Positions 51,530 to 62,492 are shown, counted from the whole stretch's first letter. The stretch: 63,842 nt of DNA, filler included, from Octopus bimaculoides (GCF_001194135.2; 6 parts of 5 records of this genome joined end to end with filler, not necessarily neighbours in it), one strand, 5' to 3'. Numbers and translations: made by a program. The notes: a model not told the origin generated them from the sequence alone.

Positions 51530-51826
51530 AGGTTATTTGGTGCCTCTGCTGATGCTGGTGCCATGTAAAAAGCAACCAGTCCACACTGTGAAGTCGTCGA
51601 CATCTAGAAGGGCATCCAGCTGTAAAAATCATGCCAAAACTGATCTTGCCTGAGCTAGAGCCACATAAAAAGTAGAATCCACTTTGCAGAGTTGTTGGTG
51701 TTAGGAAGGGCATTCAGCCATAAAGAACTTTGCCAAAACAGACACAGTAGTCTTCTAACTGGCCAACTCCTGTCAACTGTCCTACCTATGCATGCATGGA
51801 AAATGGATGTTAAATGATGATGATGA
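51530..51826 (+). mobile_element. Degenerate SINE / RTE-type 3' ends with (GAT)n tail
   Basis: GAAGGGCATCCAGCTGTA and TTAGGAAGGGCATTCAGCC motifs; ends GATGTTAAATGATGATGATGA. Confidence 0.7.
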
Positions 51827-52134
51827 CACGCGTGTGTACATCTAAAAACAACACACACATATATCCATCTACACACACACACACACACGTTTTATCATGA
51901 CTTAGTTACAGAAAACATATATAGCAATTGAAACTTTTATTATCAACATTTATCTACATTATAACAAAGTAAATTAAAATAAAGAGAAAATTAAAATAAA
52001 TCCATTCGATAGATGATTCTTATTATTTTGTATATTTTTTTGTTTCTCTCTCATAAAAGTCAAGTGTACAAAATTAGCATTAGATGCCACAGTCACAAAG
52101 AGAATTTAAATCAATTTTTTCAATGCACATCTTT

Positions 52135-52188
52135 TTATTTCGCTGATTGAATTTGCGGGAGACCAAATTCATCCACCGGTACACTGTC
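52135..52188 (-). CDS. CHMP5: Terminal coding exon of CHMP5/Vps60 (ESCRT-III): DSVPVDEFGLPQIQSAK*
   Basis: Strong acceptor ctgtctttgtttccttttccag, phase 0, 54 nt to TAA. The peptide matches the CHMP5 C-terminus (human DGVLVDEFGLPQIPAS, recalled from memory). AATAAA at 51936-51941 on the minus strand. Confidence 0.8.
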   Translation of the reverse strand, partial: DSVPVDEFGLPQIQSAK

Positions 52189-52502
52189 CTGGAAAAGGAA
52201 ACAAAGACAGTTAAANNNNNNNNNNNNNNNNNNNNNNNNNNNNNNNNNNNNNNNNNNNNTTAATTAATTAANNNNNNNNNNNNNNNNNNNNNNNNNNNNN
52301 NNNNNNNNNNNNNNNTCACAACGGTATTCTCTGGGGTCGACCAAATTCTACTTACAAAACTTTGCTCGACTCTAAGCTATAATAAAAGTCACTTTCCCAT
52401 ATTGGCGCGAAATGGGACCGAACCACGTAGTTATGAAACCTCACCACACAGCCATGTCAATTCCCAGAAGCGTACTTCTTTGATCAATACAATTCAATGA
52501 AA

Positions 52503-52718
52503 GGCGGCGAGCTGGCAGAAGCGTTAGCACACCGGGCGAAATGCTTAGTGGTATGTCGCCTGTCTTTACGTTCTGAGTTCAAATTCCGCTGAGGTCGACT
52601 TTGCTTTTCATCCTTTCGGAGTCGATAAATTAAATACCAGTTGCATACTGGGGATCGATCTAATCGATTGGTCCCCTCCCCAAAAATTTCGAGCCTTGTG
52701 CTTAGAGTAGGAAATAAT
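52503..52718 (+). mobile_element. SINE family A, near full length
   Basis: GGCGGCGAGCTGGCAGAAGCGTTAGC..GAGTTCAAATTCCG..GTCGACTTTGC..GTCGATAAATTAA..GCCTTGTGC. Confidence 0.9.
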
Positions 52719-53298
52719 AAACGCTATTACAAGTAACTTCACCTACTGAAAATTTTCGGTTCAAACCAAATGGAAGATTCGAGTTTTATTCTCTAATTAT
52801 TAATTCGTTCTTTTATGTCAAGGTAAGGAATTAATATTTATTCCGTTGTTTGAATGTTCCTTAAGTATAACATGCTCTCAGAGAAATAAGCTCACGCGAA
52901 TCAATTTTAAATTCCAAGATGGAGGAAATTTCGTTTGATTTGCGACGCTGTTATCTGTGAAAAAAAAATGCATCGGTCTCATTCACGTTTCCCAGCTTTT
53001 GTTTTATCTACTAGTTTTATGTATTGTTTTATCTACTATTGTTATGTATAACACCTATGTACATGGACAAAGGATAGCATTGTTTATTTAACACCGTTGG
53101 CGCTTTGTTTCGGCGGGAAAAACTTCAGCGAATCAGAGGTCCGGTATCAATTTCCTATTGTTACTTTGTTTGTGTGTTTGTAGGTAGAGGTTGATAGAAA
53201 ATATATGACACGCACACACATTCATATGTACGTATACAAACACAAACATATATATAATTGATACACATATACGTACACGTGCGCACACACACACACAC

Positions 53299-53373
<75 letters not shown>

Positions 53374-53389
53374 TAGTATATATTATATT

Positions 53390-53580
53390 CTTTTTGACTT
53401 GTTTCAGTCAATTTTGACAGTGGCCATGCTGGAGCACTGCCTTTTCAGTCGAAGAAATCGACCCCAGAACTTATTCCTTGTAAGCTTATTCCATCGGTCA
53501 CTTTTGCCGAACCTCTATGTTACGGGAACCTAAGCACACCAACATCAGTCATCAAGCGATGGTGGGGGGACAGGGGTGGA
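53390..53580 (-). mobile_element. SINE family B, 3' half
   Basis: TTGTTTCAGTCA..GGCCATGCTGGAGCAC..AAATCGACCCCAG..CACACCAACATC. Confidence 0.85.
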
Positions 53581-53875
53581 ACAAACGCTGGAGCATTGCC
53601 CAAAATTTTAATCTGCTAAGAATTTAAATTAAAAAATTGTTTAAATAACTTGTTAAAAACATTGACCTTACTATAGTTTTGACCTTACTAAAATGATGAT
53701 CCGGCCAAACTGTTGACCCTGCTAAGAATCTTTCATCTTGTTAAAATCTTTTGCCCGTCTAAAAACTTTATTCTTGCCAAAAATGTTGATCTTCCGAAAA
53801 GCTTTCGCCTCGTTATGATGTTTGCAAAACCCATGCCCTTTTCCGTTACCTTAATTCACCTCATTTCTGCTTCAG

Positions 53876-54098
53876 TTACCATCGAGAGTTACAGTGGTCG
53901 TACTACAATAACTGACCTATTAGCCACGACTGAGAATGACCAGCCAAAATGTGGCCACGGGAAGTTCTCTGTCCGACCTGGTGGCTATTTGTACCAACCT
54001 GGCCGTTGTCCGAGTGTAGTCAGCTTCGGAAGTAAGAAATCACTTCGCAAAGTACAGTTCCAATGGACGCCACCTCGATGTGCCTGTGCAACCATCAG
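53876..54098 (+). CDS. Reeler/ECM1-like gene, exon a (Reeler domain): (V)TIESYSGRTTITDLLATTENDQPKCGHGKFSVRPGGYLYQPGRCPSVVSFGSKKSLRKVQFQWTPPRCACATI
   Basis: Acceptor tttctgcttcag, donor CAG|gtgaga, phase 1 to 2, only one open frame. CP.VV......VQFQWTPP...C resembles the Reeler motif C..AVT......V.F.W.AP...C. Confidence 0.8.
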
Positions 54099-54159
54099 GT
54101 GAGATATTATAATTGATATTGCTGCTGCTGTTGTTCCTCTTGCTGTTATTGTTGTTGTT

Positions 54160-54337
54160 CTATATTTTAGAGATGAGGAATTCGTACATTATTTACATTA
54201 TTTACATTGTCCGCATCTTGTTTGTTGTTATCACAACGTTTCGGCTGATTTACTCTCCAGCCTTCATCAGGTGTCCTGGTGGAATTTTGAACCCAACCCT
54301 GGGTTCTCATTCCTAAGTTATTTTTTGCTGATGTTAC

Positions 54338-54368
<31 letters not shown>

Positions 54369-54455
54369 TTCATTTATTCAAGGCACTGCCTGGAATTGAA
54401 CACGCAATCTTGGGCTTAGTAGCCCGTGCTCTTAACCATTACGCTATATGCCCGT
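54160..54455 (-). mobile_element. Composite non-autonomous element: tRNA-derived head (54453-54381), (TAA)n, hammerhead-bearing body
   Basis: Minus strand: GGGCATATAGCGTAATGG (A box), GGGCT-ACTA-AGCCC anticodon-like hairpin, GTTCAATTCC (B box), TAA tract, then the CTGATGA..GAAAC motif. Confidence 0.7.
54230..54275 (-). ncRNA. Minimal type I hammerhead ribozyme motif (Penelope-type)
   Basis: GACAC-CTGATGA-A-GGCTG(GAGAGTAAAT)CAGCC-GAAA-CGTT-GTGAT: intact core, 5-bp stem II, palindromic ACGT in place of stem III, stem I with one mismatch. Confidence 0.7.
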
Positions 54456-54639
54456 GGGCTAAAAAAAAAGTTGTTGTTGTTGTTGTTGGTTAGTTCCTTG
54501 TCAGTTTTGACAGAACAGACGTTTGATTGAAGACAACCTAGCAATGACCGTACAGTAGACTTGTGCCTGGGAGGGTAACTTTCTAGGTATAATCCCATGG
54601 TCATTCATGACCGAACGAAGGGGGACTCCTCACTTGTAA

Positions 54640-54671
<32 letters not shown>

Positions 54672-55123
54672 AATAATACACGAAATGAGGAAATCATGAG
54701 GAAACAATGCAGAGACGAATGCTGAAGAACCTTTATCTCTGCATTGCTAGAAATTTCCCTTTTCATTGATTATTCTACTGTATCCTGTATCNNNNNNNNN
54801 NNNNNNNNNNNNNNNNNNNNNNNNNNNNNNNNNNNNNNNNNNNNNNNNNNNNNNNNNNNNNNNNNNNNNNNNNNNNNNNNNNNNNNNNNNNNNNNNNNNN
54901 NNNNNNNNNNNNNNNNNNNNNNNNNNNNNNNNNNNNNNNNNNNNNNNNNNNNNNNNNNNNNNNNNNNNNNNNNNNNNNNNNNNNNNNNNNNNNNNNNNNN
55001 NNNNNNNNNNNNNNNNNNNNNNNNNNNNNNNNNNNNNNNNNNNNNNNNNNNNNNNNNNNNNNNNNNNNNNNNNNNNNNNNNNNNNNNNNNNNNNNNNNNN
55101 NNNNNNNNNNNNNNNNNNNNNNN

Positions 55124-55347
55124 CCCTTTACAATATTTTTTGCTTATTTCTTTTTCTAAATAGAATATTTTTTTGCTTTTTTTTTGGTTTCCCGTTACAA
55201 TATTTTTTGCTTATTTTCTTTTTCTAAATAGAAGTTTTTTGCTTTGTTTTTTTTTTTTCTTGGTTTCCCTTTATAATATTTTTTGTTTATTTTCTTTTTC
55301 TAAATTGAATTTTTTTTGCATCATTTTTTGGCGGATTTCCCTTTCAG
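55124..55347. repeat. Three ~70-bp T-rich tandem units ending at a splice acceptor
   Basis: CAATATTTTTTGCTTATTT..TTTCTAAATAGAA..GGTTTCCC is repeated; the last unit ends GATTTCCCTTTCAG. Confidence 0.75.
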
Positions 55348-55430
55348 AATTACTGTAAAATCTATCCAAGGTTTCTACTACTCCGGTAATACCCCCGACG
55401 ATGCTCTCTATCGAAGTATATGTCCCAAAG
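55348..55430 (+). CDS. Reeler/ECM1-like gene, exon b (end of Reeler): (R)ITVKSIQGFYYSGNTPDDALYRSICPK
   Basis: Acceptor atttccctttcag, donor AAG|gtaacc, phase 2 to 1 matching exon a; the other two frames have stops. Confidence 0.8.
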
Positions 55431-55770
55431 GTAACCATTACAAAATTTGTTATTTATTCCTCAGCACTTCGTCCTTGGTAGATCGATAGAATAAAGTACC
55501 AATCAAGTACTTGGGGTAAAGCTATCGATTTCTGGTCTTCTCTCAAAATTACTAGTCACGTGACGAAATTAGAAACCATGATCTATTTATTTCATTCTCT
55601 TTTTAGCGTAGCTGTATATTCTTTGGAGATTCAAAACTCTGGTACTTTAAACCACTTTGAGTGGTTGAAATCGGTTACTTCATATATTCCTCATGCAACA
55701 TTATCTTAATTTCTTCTTACATAAAAAAACAAACAACCAAAGAATGTATATATTTACTATAAGTATACTA

Positions 55771-56109
55771 CGCATTTCGTCTGTCGTTACGTTCTGAGTT
55801 CAAATTCCGCCGAGGTCTACTTTGCCTTTCATCCTTTCGGAGTCGATAAATTAAGTACCAGTTGCGTACTGGAGTCGATCTAATCGACTGGCCCCCTCCT
55901 TACAAATTTCGGGCCTTGTGCCTAGAGTAGAAAAGAATTGCTTAGCAGCATTTCGTCAGTCTTTACGTCCCGAGTTCAAATTATGGCGAAGTTGACTAAG
56001 CCTTTTATCTTTTCATAAAATAAGTACCGGTCGAGCACTGGAGTCGATATAATCAACTTAACTTCTCCCAACAAATTTCAGACCTTATGCTTATTTGTAG
56101 AAAGAATTA

Positions 56110-56183
<74 letters not shown>
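55771..56183 (+). mobile_element. Two tandem 5'-truncated SINE family A copies with (ATT)n tail
   Basis: GTTCTGAGTTCAAATTCCGCCGAGG..; second copy from ~55940; ATT tract ~56107-56183. Confidence 0.85.
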
Positions 56184-56233
56184 TAGAAGCAGTTTCTATT
56201 TTAATTTCGCAAAATCTCTTCTTTCGATTTCAG

Positions 56234-56298
56234 ACATGACACTAAGAAAACCAGCCAAAATTCCAATGATGACTCTCGAGGAGGAAGTGACCAAAATG
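56234..56298 (+). CDS. Reeler/ECM1-like gene, exon c (linker): (D)MTLRKPAKIPMMTLEEEVTKM
   Basis: Acceptor cttctttcgatttcag, donor ATG|gtaaga, phase 1 to 0, bridging exons b and d. Confidence 0.78.
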
Positions 56299-56331
56299 GT
56301 AAGACATAATTTTGGTTTCCTCATGGTTAAA

Positions 56332-56373
<42 letters not shown>

Positions 56374-56542
56374 CTGGCGTTGATAACTGAGATAATAAGA
56401 TAGTAATGACCAACCAACTTAGTGAATATCTGGTACAAATTTTCCACTGGTAGGTACGTCTACTAAATTACGTATGTTTCTATTTGCATGGACATAAATG
56501 AATACATATATGATGCTTATCCATGTCCGTCTCTTTTTGCAG

Positions 56543-56728
56543 AAGCGGGAATCTCTCTCGCAGCTTTGCCATCATGTCGAAGAAGAAAGAACGAGCGATT
56601 CGTTTCCGGTGAATTTCTTGGAACCCCGCCAATTGAATGATCTCGAGAAATCCGACCCACGGTGGGATATTCTACAGTTGGCACTTGAACAGCGTAGAAT
56701 TGAAGTGCAAACGTGCTGTGGGATTACG
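56543..56728 (+). CDS. Reeler/ECM1-like gene, exon d: KRESLSQLCHHVEEERTSDSFPVNFLEPRQLNDLEKSDPRWDILQLALEQRRIEVQTCCGIT
   Basis: Acceptor tctctttttgcag, donor ACG|gtaaga, 186 nt, phase 0 to 0, GC above background. Confidence 0.85.
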
Positions 56729-56758
56729 GTAAGACACCTGTTCTATCCATTCTCTCTT

Positions 56759-56816
<58 letters not shown>

Positions 56817-57198
56817 NNNNNNNNNNNNNNNNNNNNNNNNNNNNNNNNNNNNNNNNNNNNNNNNNNNNNNNNNNNNNNNNNNNNNNNNNNNNNNNNNNNN
56901 NNNNNNNNNNNNNNNNNNNNNNNNNNNNNNNNNNNNNNNNNNNNNNNNNNNNNNNNNNNNNNNNNNNNNNNNNNNNNNNNNNNNNNNNNNNNNNNNNNNN
57001 NNNNNNNNNNNNNNNNNNNNNNNNNNNNNNNNNNNNNNNNNNNNNNNNNNNNNNNNNNNNNNNNNNNNNNNNNNNNNNNNNNNNNNNNNNNNNNNNNNNN
57101 NNNNNNNNNNNNNNNNNNNNNNNNNNNNNNNNNNNNNNNNNNNNNNNNNNNNNNNNNNNNNNNNNNNNNNNNNNNNNNNNNNNNNNNNNNNNNNNNNN

Positions 57199-57241
<43 letters not shown>

Positions 57242-57274
57242 AAAAAATATCTTTTTTACTAATGCCAATCACAG

Positions 57275-57422
57275 GACACTTTCAATCGTCAAGAATGTTT
57301 TGAGGATATCCGTAGAAACAGGATTGACCAGTTGTGTGGTGATGGGTACCCGGCCGTACCATACGCCAAACATCGTGAATCCTGGATGAGTACCCGACAA
57401 GAAACATGCTGCTATGAACTTG
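57275..57422 (+). CDS. Reeler/ECM1-like gene, exon e: DTFNRQECFEDIRRNRIDQLCGDGYPAVPYAKHRESWMSTRQETCCYEL
   Basis: Branch-like ACTAAT, acceptor caatcacag, donor TTG|gtaaga, phase 0 to 1; the only open frame. Confidence 0.85.
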
Positions 57423-58116
57423 GTAAGAAGCTACTTTTGAGGCTGTCAAGTATAGAACCTTAAAGAAAGTCTTTGAATATTGTTTCTGTTGTTGTTGAAG
57501 TTGTCGCTAAACCCCAGGTCAGCTCTAATTCAGAAAACTTTTGATCAAAAGACATTCCAGCCTTGGCCCTCCCGCCCTTTTGTATAGCAGGAACTATATA
57601 TTATCTAATAGATCCCATTTTATTTAAGACAGTAGAATGCGATTTGAGAAAGATTTAACTGTGACTTCGAAGGTTGAACAATCACAACCTTAGTAATATC
57701 ATAAGGCCCTCTCACACAAAAACTCAACATTACTGGTCAGCAGACCTAATCAGCAGTGATTGGGCAAATCGGGGCGAATGCAGTTTTGCACCTCTCCATG
57801 AAAAATGCATTATGGATTCCTACGTTTTAGATGTTGGAGATTACGAATATGCAAAAAGAAAATTTCATTTCACCCCGCCCTGCCTCTTCACCAGCCCCCC
57901 CCCCATTAATTTTTCAAAAATTTGTTTACTTTAAAGAGATCGTAGCGAATTGTCGAACACATGCAAATCGAAGTTATTGTTACAGTGAGTGCTCTGTGTA
58001 AACATGGGTATATCAATAGGTGTCATGAGAAAGCATAGGCGACGGGTGGAGTGTGGGGAGGGCAGTTTCAAATGATGGATGTTATCAGAAGATATAACTC
58101 AGAAATACATTTATAT

Positions 58117-58156
<40 letters not shown>

Positions 58157-58357
58157 ATACTCGTATGTTCATATGTGCATGCATATGTGTGTTACATACA
58201 TACAAACACACACACACACACACACATATATATATGTATATANNNNNNNNNNTATATATAAATACACACACACATACACACACAGATATATATATACATA
58301 TATTCACACACGCACTTATATACATACTACATACGCATATATATTTATACATACATG

Positions 58358-58395
<38 letters not shown>

Positions 58396-58431
58396 CATAT
58401 ATAATTTTGGTCTTGTATACGTTTCTTTTAG

Positions 58432-58565
58432 CTGAGAGCCGTTACGAATGCTTTGCCAAAAACTCCGCAGAACGAAGCTCTCACAGTCCAGATCACATCG
58501 CGTTTTTCGACGAAACCCATCCATTGGTTGATTTAGAATATTACCAAACAAACCCGCTGGCCAAT
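58432..58565 (+). CDS. Reeler/ECM1-like gene, exon f: (A)ESRYECFAKNSAERSSHSPDHIAFFDETHPLVDLEYYQTNPLAN
   Basis: Acceptor gtttcttttag, donor AAT|gtaagt, phase 1 to 0; completes CC-X9-C with exon e. Confidence 0.85.
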
Positions 58566-58785
58566 GTAAGTATTTGTTGATCGTGTTAACCACTAAGTCA
58601 TTTATGTTGATGCACGTGCATTTATGTTGATGTTGTTGTGTGTGCGCGTTTGAGTATGTATGTGCGGATGAAGAAAAAAGCGTTTTGTATGTAGGTGTGT
58701 GCATGTGTGATGGTGTATTACTGTGTGATTAAAAATTGATATATGCGTTTCTTCTTTTATGTATGTAAGCATGTAATATGTGCGC

Positions 58786-58832
<47 letters not shown>

Positions 58833-58927
58833 ACAGCAGCTAATAAGGCGAGTGCTTCTGTTTGTGTCCACAGACACACACGCACACACATACACATACA
58901 TGTATATATATAGACAGAGAAACATAC

Positions 58928-58970
<43 letters not shown>

Positions 58971-60174
58971 GAAGAGATTCCTTCAATGATGTTATTTTAA
59001 AGGCTTGACAATGTTCGTGTTTGAACATTTATTTATTAAGGATTTTTCTTAAGGGCAACATGAAAAAGAATCCTTAATAAATTAGATCAAAGACCGACAT
59101 AGTGGTGTCTTTATTGCAGCATATATATACCTAGATATATATTTGCAATGAGTAACTGAGCATTAAAAAATATTATTAGGTGTATATCTACAAAGATTTA
59201 GTTATTAGGGTCAGTCTACAGTTTCAATTATCGACCCTGTGGATTCAAGTTTTGTTATACATTTGAACTCATATACACAATTTCTCAGAATTACCTAGCT
59301 GTTCGACTGTGTCCATCGATCAAAGCTAAATGTAAAAATAAATTAGTAATTTAAAAAATCATGAAAATAATTATGCTGCTAATTGCTTAAAAGAAATGTA
59401 GTTGATAGTAGCTGCCAGCTTCGCAAATAAGTTTGGAAAGTGGATGTAGTTAACACAATAAAAAAAAATGTTGACTGGATCTCCGTCAATTTCGACGATG
59501 AATATTCTATAAATGACTGAGTATTCATCGAACACGTAATTAACGTAATTTTATCGCAGAATCAAACATATGACAAGACTGGTTATTACAATCATGAATA
59601 CATTCCATACAAAGGGCTTCCACGTAGTTTCCACTTAACTAATTTCGCTCAAATTACTTATGTCCTCCCGAGGCTCTAATAGAGATATCTACCCAAGATG
59701 TCATGCCGTAGGATCGAATCCGGAACCTCAAGATTGCGAATCGGGAGTCTTACCATTCACCCATACTACATTTCAGTCGACTGTATTCCTCCCACCACTA
59801 CCACCACCAAATCACGTGGCCATTGTGCATATCTTAGTAATCAATACTTACATCTAGCGATCAATACTAAATATCAATTTTAAATAATCGTTCATCCGCT
59901 AATTATAAACAATACGAAAACCATAATGCTAATCAATGGCAAACAATTTCAGACGGATTGTGGTGCCGTATTCTAGGGACATGCAACGTTTCATTATAGA
60001 AATTGAGAAATTGGTTTGCTTAATGTATTGGCAGCAAATATAAATTTTCTTTTAATTCTATTATGCAACAACACAATTTAGCAAAATATTACAAATTAAG
60101 AAATGAATCGATAATTGTATAATAAGATACATGTAAATTAAATTTTAATTGATTTTTGATTTTAGACTGCTTTA

Positions 60175-60380
60175 AGGCGGCGAGCTGGATGGACCGTTAG
60201 CACGTTGGATAAAATGCTTAATGTTGTTCTGAGTTCGAATTCCGGCGAGGTCGACTTTGCCCCTTTCGTGGTTGATAAAATAAGTACCTGTTTAGCACTG
60301 GTGGTGGAGGAGGGGATCTATGTAACTTACTAGGCACCGGCCCCTCTTCAAAATCTCAGCCCTTGTCCCTATAACAAAGG
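60175..60380 (+). mobile_element. Degenerate SINE family A copy
   Basis: AAGGCGGCGAGCTGG..GAGTTCGAATTCCGGCGAGGTCGACTTTGC. Confidence 0.8.
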
Positions 60381-60692
60381 ATTTTAGATTGTCTTATATT
60401 AAGAAAAAATAAGGATGTACTGGGTATTATGAGATACAACTTGAACCGATGTAAATTTGCTATCGACCACTGGAAGGCCACATATATCACGCTGTGGATT
60501 ATACAGTAATCTCTCGACCATCGTGGCTGATACGTTCTAAACTCCACGCCCCACCCCCGCGATAGGTGAAAATCCGTGAGGTAGAAACAATACTGTACTG
60601 TATATTTTTTTTAATTAAATTTTATACACACGGTGGTGCACCAGCATGACCGCAGCCACTTGGCTGAAACCCATAAATAAATAAATAAATAA

Positions 60693-60731
<39 letters not shown>

Positions 60732-60818
60732 AAATTTATAGAGAAACAAAAGACGATGACAAGTGTATGAACAATAAGCAAGTGTATTACTTCGAATGGT
60801 GGGGGAAAATGAAAAAGT

Positions 60819-60855
60819 CTTTTACGTTTCGAGCCTACGCTCTTCAACAGAAAAG
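60819..60855 (-). ncRNA. Degenerate minimal hammerhead motif (core CTGTTGA, probably inactive)
   Basis: TTTT-CTGTTGA-A-GAGC(GTAG)GCTC-GAAA-CGTA-AAAG. Confidence 0.45.
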
Positions 60856-61494
60856 AATACGAGAAAATAAACCAAAAGAAAATGAANNNNNNNNNNNNNN
60901 NNNNNNNNNNNNNNNNNNNNNNNNNNNNNNTTAATTAATTAANNNNNNNNNNNNNNNNNNNNNNNNNNNNNNNNNNNNNNNNNNNNCTGAGATGCTGGAT
61001 TATTCTAGAAGTGCAGAATTGTTATAAATACATAACTTGCAAAATATGGAACCGTACAGATTTTGATTGCGTTAGTGTGTGCATATGCGTATGCGAATGT
61101 ATGAGACGGTCGGCTTTGCTTCTGCATCCGTGCGTCTGTCTCAGGATGTGAGTGAGTGTGCGTGTGCGTGCGTGCGTGCGTGCGTGCGTGCATGTGCGTG
61201 TGCGTTTACGTGTATGTGTGTCTGTGTGTGGGCATGAGTGAGACAACAGTGGCTGCATCACGCTCACAAAATCTTATAAGCTGTAATGCAAATACATATA
61301 AGCGTGTATATGTATCTGTATGTGCGCATGTGTATAATACATACAATTATATACGCATACATTCACATTCACACACACACACACTCTCTCTCTCTCTCCC
61401 AAACACACACAGTCAAACAGATATACATGTATAGATATAATTATACATATACATATATACATATATAGATATTAGATATATGTATATGCGTATA

Positions 61495-61526
<32 letters not shown>

Positions 61527-61536
61527 NNNNNNNNNN

Positions 61537-61568
<32 letters not shown>

Positions 61569-61612
61569 CATATATACATATATATATATTCTTTCAATTT
61601 ATTCTTTTATTC

Positions 61613-61812
61613 TTTTACTTGTTTCAGTCATTTGACTGTTGCCATGCCGGAACACCACTTTTTGTCGAACAAATCGACCCCAGGACCTATTCTTTGTAAC
61701 CTAGTACTCATTCGATCGGTCTCTTTTTGCCGAACCGCTTGATTACGGGCATGTAAACACACCAACATCGGTGATAGTGGGGAGACAAACACAGACACGC
61801 AAATATATACAC

Positions 61813-61859
<47 letters not shown>

Positions 61860-62035
61860 ATATATATATATATATAAGACGGGCTTCTTTCATTTTCCGT
61901 CTACCAAATCCACTCACAAGGCCTTTGGTCAACCTATAGTAGAAGACATTTGCCCAAGGTGCCACGCAGTGGGAATGAACCCGGAACCATGTGGTTGGTA
62001 AGCAAGCTACTTACCACACAGCCACTCCTGCGCCT
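61613..62035 (-). mobile_element. Full-length SINE family B (tRNA-like head, central CA/TA tract, 3' body)
   Basis: Minus strand begins AGGCGCAGGAGTGGCTGTGTGGTAAG..GGTTCCGGGTTCATTCCC and ends ..GACTGAAACAAGTAAAAGA. Confidence 0.9.
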
Positions 62036-62315
62036 GTTGAATATCATATTAGAATATCGTCTAAGCAACTTAGAATTGACCAACAGGTAAATTTGTCATA
62101 TATATATATATTATATTATATTATATACTAGTATATCCATGTCGACGAAAATGCCGACAGTTTTATTAACGATAGAAAATGGCGCGTCAACACAATGGTG
62201 AAAACTATTCATAATTGTCAGCAATCTAGTAAATATATGTACATACACAGAATTGCAGAACTTGAAGAATAAGATATAACATCTCGTTTGAAAATATCAC
62301 CCATATAATGTATGT

Positions 62316-62492
62316 TTGAGCTGAGAGAGATAGTAGTTCGTCTTGCCTTTATGCTGGCCGAAGGGAGAAAGGAAGAGGTGACCACAGGTCACGTGTGATC
62401 AACGAGGAGTGGTAGAGAGGGGAAAAGGGAGGAAGTTGAACAAAGGTAAGCGACGAGAGACAGGAGACGCACTACTATCTCTCTCAGCTCAA
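62316..62492. mobile_element. 177-bp MITE-like element with perfect 22-bp terminal inverted repeats
   Basis: TTGAGCTGAGAGAGATAGTAGT (62316-62337) / ACTACTATCTCTCTCAGCTCAA (62471-62492); no clear TSD. Confidence 0.65.

Noticed and set aside
54381-54453. tRNA gene
   Set aside because: A and B boxes are present, but the acceptor and T stems are poor and a (TAA)n tail follows; treated as a SINE head. The same applies to 34683 and 62035.
59289-59331. Possible next exon of the Reeler gene (NYLAVRLCPSIKAK)
   Set aside because: Phase-compatible, but the donor is weak (AAT|gtaaaa) and it is too short to support.
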